A model generated the notes under the pieces. The model made no database searches. It saw only the letters and a program-made list of their open reading frames with translations, and was not told the DNA's origin. Made by a program: the position numbers and the translations under genes. Positions 60,684 through 64,000 of a stretch of DNA of 64,000 bases are shown here, piece after piece (positions within the stretch are counted from its first letter, which is position 1; each line of letters starts with the position of its first letter). Source of the DNA: Nemertoderma westbladi (taxonomy: Eukaryota; Animalia; Xenacoelomorpha). The DNA lies in contig JAUCBJ010006880.1 of NCBI GenBank assembly GCA_032718475.1, positions 50,218-114,217 on the forward strand. Reading direction: 5' to 3'.

Positions 60684-62697
60684 CAACAAGGCATGAACAA
60701 GGGCAGCCGTGCCCAATAATATTTCTTGAAGTTGTACATTACTAAAATGGCAGCTAAAGCTAAAGTCATTGACCAAGCCAGTGCCTAGGCTAGCACACAA
60801 GGACATGGCCTAACCTGTAGTAGTCTAGTAGAAGGAATAGTGCTCCTTCAATACATCTCAACAAACATCAATTGATTTGCCTGTGCCTACCATAACATAA
60901 CATACTGTATATGCTTGATTTCCTATCACCTCTCACCACAATTATTATTAGTAATTAAAAGTTTCAATTCGATTTGTCTTTCCGTTATATGGTTATTCAG
61001 TTATTGCATTATTAATAAACAAATGTTTTAAAATATATCTTAGGCCAGTATTGGTTGACAAAAGGAGATACGCAATGCGTATCCCATTGCGCCTCATAAT
61101 AGCCTCTCGTCAACAAGTCAACCCCACCGACTAGCGGCACTGGCTGTTTCAGCTGACGGGGCTCTGTCGAAAAACGCGTCCCTGATGCAGTAAGGGCCCT
61201 CTTTTGAGGAGCAATATTATTATTGCCGCGGAACTGCTTCTACTCTAGGCCAGACCTAGCCAGAAGTAGAATCCTCACCAACCATCAACACGAATAGATA
61301 AATCTGACACTTGCCCCAACACCCCCCCCCCCCCCCCCCCCCCCCGCCCCAATGAGGCAGAGGCAGACCAACAACACACCTCTTCACCTCTACCGATGTC
61401 GGAGAGTAAAATACCACGCATTATAGAATACAGGATAAGTTTGATCCAAGCAATGCAACGAAACCTGTAAGTTAGAAAATGCATGGTCCCAATATTTGCA
61501 AAATAATTACAAAGTCCTACATTTATTTTGCATGAGATACTAACAACCCGTCACTAACCACAACAAACGTATTGTATAGTACAGTAGCCTGTCGTATTCG
61601 CCCAAATACGGCAGTATAACTCTGGGTTCAGAGAACGTGTACATATTGACAGGCGGCAATCCCCGGATACAGTACCAAGCATGTGTTTGATATAAATATT
61701 AGATTTCTACTTCCATACAATTCTCATTGATTCCGCAGGTCAATGTTATAATTAAAACAGTCAATTTGATATATTCTTCCGATTCCATAGGCGGCTTACA
61801 CACCAACTCCCACCCTACAGCCCTATTTATCCCAATCCATCAATTTTTGTCACAGGTGTGGTCTGAGGATACTACATTATACAAAATGAGTTTTCCATCC
61901 TGATAACTCTGTTTAATTTGACAATGTTTATAATGATAACTTCACCTCGATTCATATACCATAAGCATCAAACAGTCTTGCAATGTAATAAATCTGCCCA
62001 ATAACTCATTGAACCGGAAGGACGCCCCAGGCTGACAACATAAATCAAAGCTAAAGTAAACATTATCTCTCCTTCATGTACTTATGTCTTCAATAATATA
62101 CTACCCAGAGACAGTCAGTCCCAGGCTATACAAAATTAGTTACCTCGGAGCCAGCAGCTGCTACAGAGTATTACATAACCCAAATCCATTTACTATAACA
62201 TTGCCTTTCTTTCCATTTCTTTGTCACATTTTCTCAGTTGCCCCCCCCCCCCCCCCCCCCCACACCCCACCCCACCCCTAAGCAGTCTCATCAAACCACC
62301 TGAATTATTGCAGGAGTTAAAAGTATCACATTGTCCTAATCCAAATCAACTTGAGATACAAAGAGCAACGTTTATTTATTTATTTTTCAGATACATCGCC
62401 AACACTTTCTTCTTTTTGTTCATATTAAGTATACCGTAAAAACTCTTAACCCAGTGGCTCCCTACTGTAAGAAATGTACATACGCCAAATGTCAATATGT
62501 GCGCCGCGTCGTCGGATTCCGAGTGGCCCACACCCGCTTAGGTGTGCCCACTGCGGATCTTCCGTAGTAAACCAATTTGGTCAGGTCAAATCCAAACATT
62601 CACTGGAGATCACCAAATGGGGCGCTATGTGAAATACCGTGCAGACACGATGATGAAATATATCTTACGAAATATGGTTAATAATTAAAACGTGTCG

Positions 62698-63245
62698 CTA
62701 ACATTCTCGCTGTGGGGGTTTTAAGGGGTGCTGATTACATTTCTGATGTCAGTTTTCACGTTTACATAAATCTAGTCTGTCTGTCTGTCGGTCATTCTGT
62801 TAGTCAGTCTGTCAAAACATAAAAAACAATTCAAATTAACTAACATTCTCGCTATGGGGGTTTTAAGGGGTGCTGATTTCATTTCTGATGTCAGTTTTCA
62901 GGTTTACATTAATCTAGTTTGTCGGACTGTCGGTCTTTCTGTCAGTCAGTCAGTCTGTCAAAACTTTAAAAAGAATACAAACTAACTAACATTCTCGTTA
63001 TGGGGGTTTTAATGGGTGCTGATTTCATTTCAGATGTCAGTTTTCACGTTTAATAAATCTAGTCTGTCTGGCTGTTGGTCTGTCGGTCTTTCTGTCAGTC
63101 AGTCTGTCAAAACTTAAGAAAGTATACTAACTAACCAACATTCCCGCTATGGGGGTGTTAAGGGTTGCTGATTTCATTTCTGATGTCAGTTTACACGTTT
63201 ACATAAATCTAGTCTGTCTGTCTGTCGGTCTTACTGTCAGTCTGT
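62698..63245. repeat. ~145-bp tandem repeat x4 with internal (GTCT)n
   Basis: AACATTCTCGCTATGGGGGTTTTAAGGGGTGCTGATTTCATTTCTGATGTCAG recurs at about 62700, 62842, 62988 and 63137. Confidence 0.9.
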
Positions 63246-64000
63246 ACTACTGTACTGTGGTTGGCATTACGCCATATACCTAACACTAATACTACAGTCT
63301 ACAATACAGCCTATCTACAGTACAGAATGGATTTTTTGCCATGAAGAGCACTAAATGTCTTTAATACTATCCACCAGTATACCTAGACCAAGAGCCTTCC
63401 AATGAAACATGTATTGCAGCATATTGCAGCATGACGTCCACTGCATGTCTTAGTGTTGTCCATGGTGACATGCACTGGACGTCATAGGCTCTAAGGGGTT
63501 AAGCAACACGGTCCCTACTTCTCCCTGTCGACACCCCAGCCATTTTTCACCAATCATTTTTTAGAGTTTTTAAATTTTTTTGTTATTGGTGAAAGTTCTA
63601 GAACATTAGTAGATATGTTCTTTATGATAGCTACCGGTAGTGTTTTTTGCTAGCTAGTATTTTTAGAAATTATAAAAAATGTGAAAGTCCATGATATTTC
63701 AGGTTAAACTGTTGAAGAATATATTAATGACCAAAATAATTTCCAAAAATTACTAGCTAGTAAAAAATACTAGCTATATACCATAAAAAATCTACTAAGG
63801 TTCTAGAACATTCACTAATATAAAAAAGCAATCAAAATCACAAAAAAATAAAAGTTAAAAAACTCATTCGGGACACTTTTGCTTAAGGAGTCAAAATTGT
63901 AGAAAAAATTACCGAAGTTTGCGACGTTTGCGAAATTCGCGACGTTTGCGAAATTCGCGAAGAATCCGTCAGTTTCTGTGCCCTAATGGGTTCGTGCCAA

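Noticed and set aside
2255-62439. Short poly-Gly/poly-Pro ORFs and long G/C runs
   Set aside because: They come from homopolymer tracts, several within MITE ends. Run lengths may be sequencing artefacts and there is no coding evidence.
62446-63502. TTAACCC ... GGGTTAA as piggyBac ends
   Set aside because: The two ends do not match beyond CCC, so one element cannot be supported.
1-64000. Species assignment, tRNA or rRNA genes
   Set aside because: No RNA gene recognised by eye; the sequence supports only an invertebrate-type animal origin.

Overview
AT-rich animal (invertebrate-type) nuclear DNA, mostly transposable elements around two convergent host genes: a 3-coding-exon otopetrin proton channel (+, 12486-17871) and an intronless U2AF1/U2AF35 CDS (-, 21263-21925). 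Mobile DNA: a Sola-type transposase, several TIR/palindromic MITEs, a truncated RTE LINE, an IS3EU remnant, a near-full LINE, two Bel/Pao LTR elements, a Mag-like Gypsy nested in one Bel/Pao LTR, and a Penelope-like remnant. Main finding: neither Bel/Pao element has a tRNA primer-binding site. Each instead has, 2-4 nt inside its 5' LTR, a 13-nt perfect complement of a segment of its own LTR just downstream of a predicted TATA/Inr, suggesting tRNA-independent self-priming. Also notable: a cryptic ~866-codon DEDDy exonuclease plus Zn-knuckle ORF in the larger Bel/Pao, and a LINE whose ORF1 and ORF2 are joined in frame by a TGA-CTAG readthrough motif. All calls are from manual reading, with no database searches.
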